From Sphaeroforma arctica JP610 (Eukaryota), in contig NW_014040221.1 in NCBI RefSeq assembly GCF_001186125.1, forward strand, positions 25,325 through 72,951: a stretch of DNA of 47,627 nucleotides, read 5' to 3'. Numbering within the stretch: position 1 is the stretch's first letter; each line of letters opens with the position of its first letter. Under the pieces are notes generated by a model. The model saw only the letters and a list, made by a program, of their open reading frames with translations. It did not search any database and was not told the DNA's origin. A program made the translations under genes and the position numbers. This document shows positions 13,754-26,821 of the stretch, piece after piece.

Positions 13754-15036
13754 GTATGTATATGCATATTGTTCGTTTGTGTGTTTAAATAAGTATATAT
13801 CGCTTTCACTATTCATTTGTATAAGTAGTATCGTACATGTGTGTTTGAAATGTGGACCAAACGACATTGCAAAGTCAGCTCATAAAACAAACCGAATATT
13901 GTGTATGAAAGATCGCGACATCAACTCCCTGTTGCATGTGCATATGCGTGCACGTGTGTATGCGCGCTCTCTCGACGAGTACATAGTAATCATACACGTA
14001 TAGAAGTATAATTGTAATACTGCTGACTATCAGTGTAGTGCATTGTCAAGTGTACTACCTACTCAAAAGTATGGGGACCATCTGCTGGATCTCTGATCCT
14101 GTAGTTATAATCTCATGCCTACACCGAAACAGTTCTGTACCACTCTGTCACTCTGATAACTCCGTCTACCTGAAATGACTCCGTCGGTATGTTCGGTCGG
14201 TCTGTCGTTGGCCTCCTTCTATCAGCTCATTCAATGATCTATAAGTAGTTAGTGTCACCTAGCTTTGTTTCTCGCTCAGTTTCTATACTCATGCATTGAA
14301 AGTATAGTCAAGCATACTTGAAAATTGCGACAGTGATTCTATAGCTTAAAAACAGTACTGTAGTGCTTGGGTACTACAAATCAGAATCATGTGCATCTCC
14401 ACTACAAACACATACACGCATTGATGCATAGATACAAATAAACCTGCATGTAATCAAGGTACCTACAGGCATGTATTCTCCAATATACAAGCGTGAGAAG
14501 GACAACTTTTTCGCGCCTCTAGTTCCTAAGACCGACGATTGTACTCCTATTCGTCATTTCCTGCTTGATATATATCTACCACACAGTAAGTAGGTGAATT
14601 TATCCCGGCATATACTTACCTACATGTCATCATCTTTTACTTGTAATCGCACACTTGCGTACACGCAGCCAACCCTCCTCCGGTATACATGTCTGGTGAT
14701 GATGACTCGTTCAGCGTATCAAGTTTATCGGACGCCGACAGTGACTTTAATGTTGAAATCGCTGTAGCCAATGACCGCCTGGAGAAGTTCGGTACCTTGG
14801 TCTCAACTCGAAGCGCAAAGCGGAGTCTATCTGGTGACGATGACAGTGACCATGAGATTGAGGATGAGAGTGAGGAGGAAGGTACCTGCACGGGGAACAA
14901 GTATTTCCGTACCAATATGATCACACGCTCGCGCATCCACTCACTCTCTCCCACTCAACTTGTACATATATTTATTTATTTATATATATATATGTATAGA
15001 AATATATATGAATATACACATATTTATTATATATAT

Positions 15037-15074
<38 letters not shown>

Positions 15075-17898
15075 TGTACATATATATATGTATATGCATA
15101 TGTATATGTAAATATATATATATATGTGTGTGCGTGTATGTATGTATGCATGTATATATGTATGTATGTATATAAATATATATATATATGTATTTATATA
15201 ATTACGTATATTTATATATATGTATATATATATACACGTATTTATGTATGTATATATATATATCTCTCTCTCTCTGTGTGTGTGTGTGTGTTTGTATACA
15301 TACTTGCATTTCCTTTTATACATATTATTATATTATTATATTATATTACTATATTATTACATCATATATTTCTTTGTGTAATTGTGCAATGACACAAACC
15401 TTTTTGACTCAGAATCATGGAAACAACAATTAAATAATTGGTTTAAAGGCACACAGGTTTAAATCACACTCGCTCGAGTAAAATGATATATATGCGTTGA
15501 TACAAATCATCCGCTACTTGTGTACATAACTTATGTTATTAGGTATATAAACAAACTCGCACATTTACTTTCATTTGGGATAAGATATCCCATCAGACAT
15601 CTGCATATAATTCCACTACTTCTAACGTACATTACAATATATATATATCTGCATATATCCATACGTATCAATATAAACATCAAAATACTATACAATAGTG
15701 TTCTTATCGAACAAGCGCACACATCGACCCACGTACGCACGGTATAGTCCGTCAATAAAACCACATATGCATGAACATTTATACGGCACAATGCGTTTCA
15801 TTTCACGCTAGTAATTCTTGCCAGTTCATATTCTCGACTGGTACAAATCATATCACGTGCTGGGATTCTGACTATGCAGAAATAACGAAATCGAAGAGAA
15901 AATACGTCAGGAAAGACGTCACAACGGCAAAAGCCACTAAGAAGCAGCCCATAATCACGGCTCAGGGAAAAGAACGTATGTGCATGTACGAATGAGCTTG
16001 CATGTATTTATATCCTTCTATTACACCTAGTTGTTGTTACTATCGAGTGTTTACTTCTGTTACACCTAGTTGATGTGACTATCACGTGTTTGCTTCTGTT
16101 ACACCTAATTGTTGTTGCTATCACGTGCTTACTTCTATTACACCTAATTGTTGTGACTATCACGTGTTTGCTTCTATTACACCTAGTTGTGACTATCACG
16201 TGTGTATATAGTGGTTGGTCTGTTCCACCCAACATTTGTGATTACGTAATTTGCCACAGAGAGCACCACCCAGGCTATTTGTCGCCTTCAATCACACTAT
16301 ATAAACCCTAAAACCCTGCTGTGATACCTCTGCCTATGTACCCATGTCTAAGGCATATCAGTGTGCGAGATTTCAAGCGTATAATGGGCTGTATTGGTGT
16401 TGATGCTTCCAACCATATGGTAATTTGTATTGAACTTTGGGTTTAAGGTTTTAGGGTTTAAGGTATCTCGACTGGGGATGGATGAGCACATGCATGCAAG
16501 GATGCGTTCATATGCTTGTGTTTGTGCTGGGTTGATTTTGTATGATAGTGGTACCTTTGCGTATGTACAGACAGTGAACAGAAGTGGGTCATGAAATATA
16601 TATATATATCTATATATATATATATGCATGTATGTATGTATGTATGTATATGTATGTATGCATTTATGTATGTATGTATGTATATGTATGTATGTATATA
16701 TGCATGTGTGTATGTATCTATGTATGAATGTATGTGTGTGTATGTATCTATGTATCTATGTATGAATGTATACATATATGTATCTATGTATCTATTCATG
16801 TATGTTATCCTTTTTCACTTTATTTATCAGTCATTGTAATTCCCCAACCCTCATACCCTACCATCACTTCATCACCCACCTAAACTACAGTGATGCAGTG
16901 CTTGGTGCTAGGCTGTAAGATGAAATTCCCTGCCAAGTCTATCAGCAGCCATATGACTATAGCTCACTCCATGAAGGACGCTCCTTTCAAATGTCCCTTC
17001 ACGGATGTTTGCGCGAAGGGATTCAAGCAGATTAGCGGGCTGCTTTACCATTTAAAGAATAATGTTGTCGTCGAGGATGGTTTTCAAGTATGGATACGTA
17101 TTTCGTGTCACTCCATTTGTGTGTATTATATGTATATATTTATATATTTATATATTTATATATATATATTGTTCTATATCATCTATATCATCTATTTTTA
17201 GAAAGATCTTGAAATTCGTTTTTGAGTACGAATGTCTTAAAGCGTTGCTAAGCTGGACAGACCTGTCAGAGGGCTACGGTCCCCCGAATCAGGTGTACAT
17301 ACTGCCCTGTTTTCATAAAATATCGATGGTCTTTCAGGTTATAAGTGATGTTGCACTACACCGCAAATGATGTTATCCAGAAAAAAAAATCGGAACACTC
17401 GAGGTGGCAGCCAGATGTTCTGAAGCAGTGATGGTGATATCAAATAATTTGGTAGAAATTGGAAATTATTGAAGGCCTATTCGTTGAATCTCGAGACTTG
17501 CGTATCAGCAATTACTTCGATAAATGGCCTTTCTAACAAGTGTACGTACAATGTATGTTACAGGTACATCTTGAGGCATCGATCAAATTCATCAATAGAA
17601 GGCAGCGCATCCCAGAAAGAAAATATAAGGATCTCTTGCCAGTGAACTCAAACTTCCCTGCACAACCCCCCGTGTATGTTCCGTTATACTCTTAATATTT
17701 GGCTATATATATATATATATATTGTATATATGTATATGTATATATAAATATATATGTAAATATAGATATAGATATATATATATATATATACATAATAATA
17801 TACATATACATATATGTATAAGTATATATATATATATTTATTTATAATCATATATGTATATAATATATATATACATATATTTATATATATGTATATAC

Positions 17899-17930
<32 letters not shown>

Positions 17931-19599
17931 GCAGTAGGGGGGCACATGGCACACCACCCGCACAAACACACATACATGTATATTTATATTATATATATGT
18001 AGTATATATATATATATATATATGCATAGGGGGGCGGCACATGGCACACACGCACAAACACACACACATATATATGTATATTTATATATATATATATATA
18101 TGTTTAAACGTATGTCAATCGGCTCATCATCGTATACGTATAACCTATCTCACATTATATTATATATATATACATATATATTTGGCCACCCAAATGTGCA
18201 GCGATGATTACCATGGGATGATACCCATTCCCCAACGACTGCCAGACGTCTATGGGAGGCAACGTACGGACGAGGTCAATGTATGTCCAAATTTGTGCGG
18301 ATGTATGTGCGGGTTTGTTTCTTGGTATTTGTGCGGATGTATGTACACATTTGTAAGTATTAATATAAGTGTAGATTTATATATATATATTTATATTTAT
18401 ATTCATTTATATATATATATACATAGATATATATATATAAGTATATATATCTATATATATATATATATATATATTGTATATGTGTATATATATATGTCTG
18501 TGTCTGTGTATGTATATGTATATGCACACACTATACGTATGTANNNNNNNNNNNNNNNNNNNNATATTGTATTATATATATATATATATATATATTGTAT
18601 TATATATATTCGTATACGTATCAATGTTTTATTACAATTCTATATTTACCTATAGATTTATAAATATATATATATATATATATATATGAGTGTGTGTGTG
18701 TGTGCGTGTGCGTGTGTCTATGTATGTACGTATATGTATATATATATATATATATGTTGTGTGTACGTATATTATATATATTGTGTTTGTGTGTATGTAT
18801 GTATGTGTGTATGTATGTATGCGAGTATGTATGTATATTTATATATATATATGCATGTTTGTGTTTGTATGTGTGTGTGTACATATATATATATATATTA
18901 CAGTATATATATGTATATATATATATATATTTATTTATTTATTTATTTATAATATTCACATTTATATATATGTTGGTGAGGAGAGCTCTGACATGAAGAG
19001 CAAGCGCCCAGCGAAGAGACCTTCTATCAACCACCCAATATATAGTATCCCGCGTGTGTCTAAACCCTGTAGTGCAGCCTAGACAACACGTCTTCACGCA
19101 GCGATACTAAGAACACGGCTATTTCAGGTGTCTATCGATATATGTAACAATGAATAGACACGTCGAAACCCCTCAGGCACCTCTTATGGTGCACATTACA
19201 TCAGAGAGCACATCATATACGACTTTAAGCATGCTACGCGTACTTATCTGACCTAACTGACCTATCTGTGGTCCCTTCGATCCCTTTCTGGTAGTAAAAC
19301 ACAATGTATAACTGCTAATGCCCTATATATTGCTCAGACGGTTCGGCTTCGCTATGCGAGATATGAAAGAGCAGCCACAGCTGCATCACAGATTAGCGGG
19401 TGCTCCAACAACTGCGGCCAGAGTTCGATACGCTCCACCGGGCAACAAATTGAGTAATCTTGATAAGATACAGCTATATAGACAGGTAGGTATTCGTATA
19501 CGTTTACACAAACATATATAGCAATCTACGTTGTATGTATCTTGGGTATATGCAGCTATTTAAATAGGTATATGTATATATATATATATGTATGTATAC

Positions 19600-19633
<34 letters not shown>

Positions 19634-22496
19634 ATAGATAGATACTTTTTTTGACATAAATTAACCTGTATATGGTGCAGCATTTTTGAACAGAGAACAG
19701 GTGGGTAGCACGTCCTTTCCAAGCAGGACCCAATTCTCTGATCATCAGAAGGTACTTTCAAACGAAATAACTTAATAGAAAATCGCCTCGGGCGGCAAGC
19801 AGGCGGAGACGTCCTTGCATTCGCCTCGATCGCGACAACAGATGGACATTCTAAAAATAGAACTCTGACTTTCCATATATAGGATCCGCTAGATGTAGAC
19901 TGGCGATGGGATACTGGTGGCCACACCCGGTTCCAGCAGTTCCTGCCTACCACTCAACGCACACGGCTGATCACAGCGAACGGCACAAAGCGTGTAGCGT
20001 CGTATCTGGGGCATTCGTATCCGAAAGACACGGTGTTGGTGCTCAAAATAGTCAAATCATACCACAAAGATAAGCTCAAGTACGTGCACTCGGCTGTGTA
20101 TGAATGTGTGTAAGGATGTGTGTGTGTTTGTGTGTCTGCATGTGTGTGCGTATACGTTTTTCAAGATTCATATCCACATTTGGACTTACTATGTATCAAC
20201 TTTCCTTTGTAATTGATGCGTTCTTCTCGCAGGAAACATTACCACAGCAACGCCGTATACATGCCTAAGAATGTCAATCCTCAAGAGATTCATGAGGAGA
20301 CCACGCACACGGTGCGGCTGTACCCTACTGAAGGCGTCGGTGTAGACCTTAGCCCTGTCGTTCACAGGAGAGAAGTTTTGATTGAGGTTAGATATGGAGC
20401 TGTATATTGTGTGTGTGTGTGTGTGAGTGTGTTTGTGTCTGTGTCTGTCTGTGCGTGTGTGTGTGTATATACATATATATATATATAAACCCTGATTCAT
20501 ACCATCTTTGCCTTTCGACTTCCTGTCCGACCCACAGTACCTCAAGAACCTCAAGAAGAGCGTGCTGATGTTCTCCCCTCCCCCGCCGCAAACTGACTAC
20601 TGCATGTACTTCCCATCGGGTGTGTGTGCTTTGGCCTGGGCCCCTAATATAAACCGTAAGAAAGGCATAGAGAGGCAGTATCTGGCGCTGAGTGTGCGCG
20701 ATGACTATGTGACTACCACTGGGGGTGTGGGGAGGGTGGCGACGCTGCAGATATGGGACTGTGGTATGCTGGAGAACCATACCAGCGATATGAACGTATG
20801 TGCTATTGTCGACTATTTGTTTGTGAATGTGTGTGTATGAATGATTATGGTGTGTCCACTCCATACGTATACTCCACCACTAATTGGTTGGTCCAGTGGC
20901 TATCAAGTACCCGGCTGTTCAATAAATAACAGTTCCAAAAATAACAGTTCCAAAAATATCAACTCCAAAAATAACAGTTCCAAAAATAATAGCTCTAAAA
21001 TAACAGTTCCAAAAAATATCAGTGCCACCCATAGAATCATATCCTTATCCGGGTTGCCACACAAATTTCTACTTGTTGTTAATATTGCATTCCTCGATAA
21101 CCTTGTACATACTCTACTGGGTTTTTAGGGTTTGGGGGTTTAAATACACACGTATCGTTTCTTCTTTTATGGGCATGGTGGTCGCTAACCCGAACCCGGA
21201 TTCTCTCATAAGAGCAAGGCATCATTTATAGTAAAGTGCCACAGGTGGTTTAGCACACACACTCCTCTCGTCATACCCAACGCATGTTACCACTCAACAC
21301 GCCTCGGCTAGCCATCGCAACACTTGAACGAAACGGAGAGCCTGTAGTGGTTGGCCGCAGTAGTTGCCCTCGACACCTCGACTGGCCCAAAAGTCACACG
21401 CTTGGTACCTATCGGTAGAACTTCATATGCTTTCTATTGATAGAAGGGTCATATGCTATCTATTAATAGAAGGGTCGTACGCTTTCTATTAATAGACGGG
21501 TCATATGCTATATCTATTAATAGAAGGGTCATATGCTATCTATTAATAGAAGGGCGTATTCGAACCAGCGCACTACCTACTTTTGTACTGCTCGGATCCT
21601 TCATCCATTCATATATGACATTATTCCTCGATCACGTGTTGGGCCATATCCATACATATATGGCATTGGTCCTCTATCACCTATTATACTACTCTGCTCT
21701 CTCATCCGTGCCTGTATGGCTTTATTTTCTATCGCAGGCCAAGACATACATTTTGCCACGGTTGGCTATGGTAGTTGCGCTCAAACAGACTGCCGCTATA
21801 AAGATGCTCACGTGGGCCCCATGCCACGCCAGGCAAGAACCCGCTCGTTTTAAAAACAGCACGGAGTCATCTAAAAATAGCCCGGCACAAACGACGCATG
21901 GCCTGGATACCGCCAACGAACAGAGTACAGCCGGCATAAACGCGACCATCAACGGGGCGAGTACGAGCACGAATGGTATCGGTTCCCATAGCAACGCCGA
22001 GAGAAAGGGTGCAGATACGGAGAGAAGGGGATTGAGCCGGTTGGGAGTGCTAGCTGTAACGGATCATGAGGGGATGGTGCGGTTATACGCTGTGCCCAAT
22101 GTGGCAGATGTGCGGAAGCAGAGCGAGGATCGTTCAGGTAGGCTGTGAGCTGATTCAGGGTTGTAGGGTTTAGGGTTGTTAGTTTTAACGTTTCGGGTTC
22201 GAGTGGTTTTAGATGTGATGTGAAGGAGTGGTAAGATTGTAAGCTGTGCCCAATGTGGCAGATGTACGCAAGCAGAGCGAGAATAGTTCAGGTAGCTGTA
22301 AGATGGTGCATGGTTTTGGGATTCCTGTCTATATTTGGGCTCGAAATATCCAGTTCGTGTGCACGAAATGTCACGAATATAGTACACACAACCCTTGCGG
22401 TAGCGCTTTTCAATCTTAACAGTCATTCAAATTACATATTGCTTGACTGCGGCTCTCGATATAAACATACAAATATATATTCGTTGGCGAACTCGG

Positions 22497-22529
<33 letters not shown>

Positions 22530-23100
22530 TCTGTCTGTGTGCATGCATACAGACATAACACAGAGATGGACACAGACATAGTACTCTTGGATCTGATAGT
22601 AGTGCGGTCCACGACTAGCAGCCACTTCCACATTTAGCTGGGGTATAAGATACATACAAACCATTGCACATTCGTTTTTGTATGATCATAAACGTAAATT
22701 CATTCACTCATACCCACATATTCCTATACATATTCCATGCATATTCCTATACCTTTTCCAATACATGTGCATATATCTCCATGCACACATAAACGTATGA
22801 ACATACGGACGGAGACGGTTTTTTCTCCTTATCATCAGCCCACATATATTGGGATGCGTTCCTCTCATGCACATGTACACTTATTCATTCACATACAGAC
22901 AGAGACACAGGCATAGTACACCTGGATCCTGTGGCATTGCTGTCCAAACCCAGCAGCCACTCCCAGTGCACTGCCATTGACTGGGGCATCTCCCACAAGA
23001 TAGCTATAGGTACTCTCGACGGCATGGTGATTGTGTACGACCTATCCCACTTTCTGAAAGGTATGTGCTTAGTACGTATATATGTACTATATATATATAT

Positions 23101-23151
<51 letters not shown>

Positions 23152-26100
23152 CTAATCGCAAATACTTTATTCCTCTACAGACGAGGCTCTAGTGCCACCA
23201 CAAAAGACCCTCCATATCCCCCACAGTCAACACTTTATGGCCGAGAAGCGTGCGGTTAACCAAGTGTGCTGGCACCCCCACTTTGAGCAGAACGTGGTTA
23301 TGACTAGCGCCATCACTGGAGAGTGGCACATATGGGACACCCGGGATGCAGCTACCTGTTTACTCAGCAGAAACTCTTACGGTGAGTACATATTCCGTTG
23401 TTTGTTTGTATATTTACTTAGGGTCAGTACATATTCCGTTGTTTGTTTGTGTGTTTGTACTTAGGGTGAGTGCATATTCCGTTGCTTGTTCGTGTTGTAT
23501 GTTCACTAGAGTGAGTATGTATACCGTTGTGTTTGTTTGTGTGTATGTACACACGCTGTGGTGTGTGTATAGACTGGCTGTCCGTTAATATACTGGTGCA
23601 TACACACGTGTTCTTGGGGGCAGAGGGGAGTTATAGCTGTCTCTGTTACTGGAGAGTGACAGATGACACGTGACACTGCTACCTGTCTGTTCAGCAGGAA
23701 TGCCCACCGGCTTGAATATACGTAATGGTACGTTTTTATGCACACCTCGTAGTGCGCGTTTAAGACTGAATGCCGCGATATAAACCGTTGGCGTGTACGT
23801 ATACGTATATACTTACAGTCTCATCCGTACAGACATAATCTGTGGGCGTGTATGTATACGTGTATACGTACAGTTTCATACGTACAAATGTATTCTGTGG
23901 GCGTGTACGTATACGTATATGCGTACAGTCTGTTCACGGGGTGGTTGAATCAACATCAGTGACTGAACATGTGCGTGTGCGAGCCATTCCCGATACCGCC
24001 ATTTGTCTGCTCAGCAGCAGATTGTACAGCGTACTCGTGTACTTACGTGTATTCGCGCACGTTTCGGTATGTGGATGTAGGTGTGTGAATTTATAGAGGC
24101 TTCTCGTGTATATACCCCATACAGAAGAGAGTATATTCAAACGTGCGTGCGTGTTACGATTCGTAAATGCGTCGATTGGATTTGACATGTACTGTCCCAG
24201 AAGTGTTCTCATTGGCCCACCGTGTATACTGGTATGTATATGAGCACTCTCATCCTCATCATAACAGAGTATACTGGTAGGTATATGAGCACTCCCTTCC
24301 TCTTCCTATAGCGTACTCTTAAAGTAACTTAACCCACAAAGCATGAGCAATTGTACGACAATGTGGTCTGATAGTCGTTGCTCATCAGCTGCTCACACAG
24401 CATATGCATCTATCCATTCACTCACACTCACTACGCCTACTACCACGTGTACCACACAGCATATGCATCTATTCATTCACTCACACTCACACTACGCCTA
24501 CTACCACGTGTGCTCATGGGCTTAAGTGTTCTCCCACCCACACAGCATATGCATCTATCCATTAACTCGCACTCACACTACGCCTACTACCACGTGTGCT
24601 CATGTGCTGAAGTGCTCTCCCACTTTTTGTTTTACACAGAATACGCCTCCGTAGTGCTATGGCCGCACAGTTTGGGGTCGTTCTACGTCGCCACGTCTTA
24701 TGGGAGTGTGCGGTATGTGCGCATGGGATCGTCTAGCCTAAGTCGCTAACCTCCATGTGTTGTGGATCAATCTATGTGCGCAAGGGATCGTCTAGCCTTA
24801 GACGCTAACCTCCATGTGTAGTAGATCTATCTCTGTGTGCAGGGGATCGTCTAGCCTTAGATGCTAACCTCCATGTGGTGTGGACCAATCTCTGTGTGTG
24901 ATTGGGCTGTCTATATAGTCCATTGTATATACGTGTATGATTTGATTATATGCTTTTATAATACAATGTAGCTCTGTAGTGCTTTCTTCGGATATCATTC
25001 GTTATTTTAGACAAATCAGCATGTATATATACAGGAGACGAGAGTCTTGATTCCCACTCGAGCTGCCGTGCTTATATATACATGCATATGCTTAGACTTG
25101 TATACGCGCTGTAGTAGCACATGTTACGGCACCACAGATTGGGTTTGTGCTATGCTGTGTGCAGACATTAGTGCTGTACACAAAACCCTAAAAACCCCAA
25201 AGACATTAGGGCTGGGAGTTGCAGCTACGGTTGTGAGCGACTCGCCTGCCGTTCAATGCAATTCACAGCCGACTCTGGATGAAGCCGTACGGCTGCGTTG
25301 GCGTATGAGATACATATACGTCTATATGTATTTATGTGTCAACCCATTGGCACATATATTGCAAGATACAGACTCATCTGTATGTATGTATGTACCCGTG
25401 CATTTGTACTTATGATGGATTGTACATACACATCTATATGTATACACGTCCCCTTACCTTTGTATACATACTAGAGAGCACGTGTACATAAAATAGAGAG
25501 GTACGTACACATCTATATGTACACACGTCCCCTTGCCTTTGTACACATACTAGAGAGCATGGGGTGGTAGAGCATAAGCTGAAACCAAACTGGGTACAGA
25601 AGATAAGACCGGGAGTCATGCCCATGGCCATGAGCTACTCACTACCCCTCAATGCGATGGCGACTGCCTTCGATGACGGAGCCTTGTCTGTGAGTAACAT
25701 AGGACTGATCTATAAGAAAAAGGGTGTCAAGGTGCGTACGGGGAGCGTCATGGGGTGTTTCTATGCGGTTGGTCGTGCGTTTATATATTGCAGGTATATA
25801 TTGTATGTATATTTTTTATGTATATATTGTAGATATATATTATATGTATATATTGTGTGCATATTTTTCATGTATATATTGTTTGCATATATTGTACGTA
25901 TACACACAGCTAGCTCCGAATAGAGTCCCATGTCCCAAGGCTGCTGTATTGCTTCTCCACGATGTGGCGATGCTTTGTCTTGTCTTTGATGGCCATGTCC
26001 CTTTTCTATGGGTGATGTATGTCTGAACCAAACGAAGAAATGCGACACATTGCGTAGGAAGAGTCATGTACAGACTTGCATGTATGTACACATAGTCACA

Positions 26101-26787
26101 CTATTACCCGAGGCTATAGTCCCTTTCAGAAAGCCAGACACGTTTGTGTGGGTGTCTGAATTAACTCGTGTATACATATCGAATGTGTATATTGGGTTGT
26201 TTTCTCGTATATGGCGCTCGCTAGTCCGGAAACACGGCTACACAATCACGCGAGCCCTGGTGGACTTGGAGATACGTATGTGGTTTATAAAGAGGCACGA
26301 ATATACGCTGGTTGACATTTCTTCCAACAAACACACGTGTGTGTGTGCGTGTGTGTGTATATCAACACCTGGTACAATCAGACCCTCGAACAATGTAGCA
26401 CGCCTAGTGATTTCTTTTCACGATCCAAATTTAATTATTCTAAGCTACATATATTGGGCCAATTCCATTTATAATTTGAATATTCGGTCTGCCTATTCGA
26501 ACTTTCTCATGCACAGGATCGCAACGTTTGGCTGCATGCGACGGTTTTGGAGCCGAACCCGATTCCAAAAATACTGCCCTCGCTTGTGGCATTGAAGAAG
26601 GAACGAGCATTGGCTTTAAAATCGAATATAAAGGGCAAGAACAAAAAACAGGCGAAGAACCCACCGTCGGATGCAAGCGACTCTGAACCAGGTATGTCAA
26701 GTCATCATATATGCGCGTATTTCTATACTTCACCATATGCGTATACACACTTTACCGTACACGTATCTATACACCTTATCATATGCG

Positions 26788-26821
<34 letters not shown>

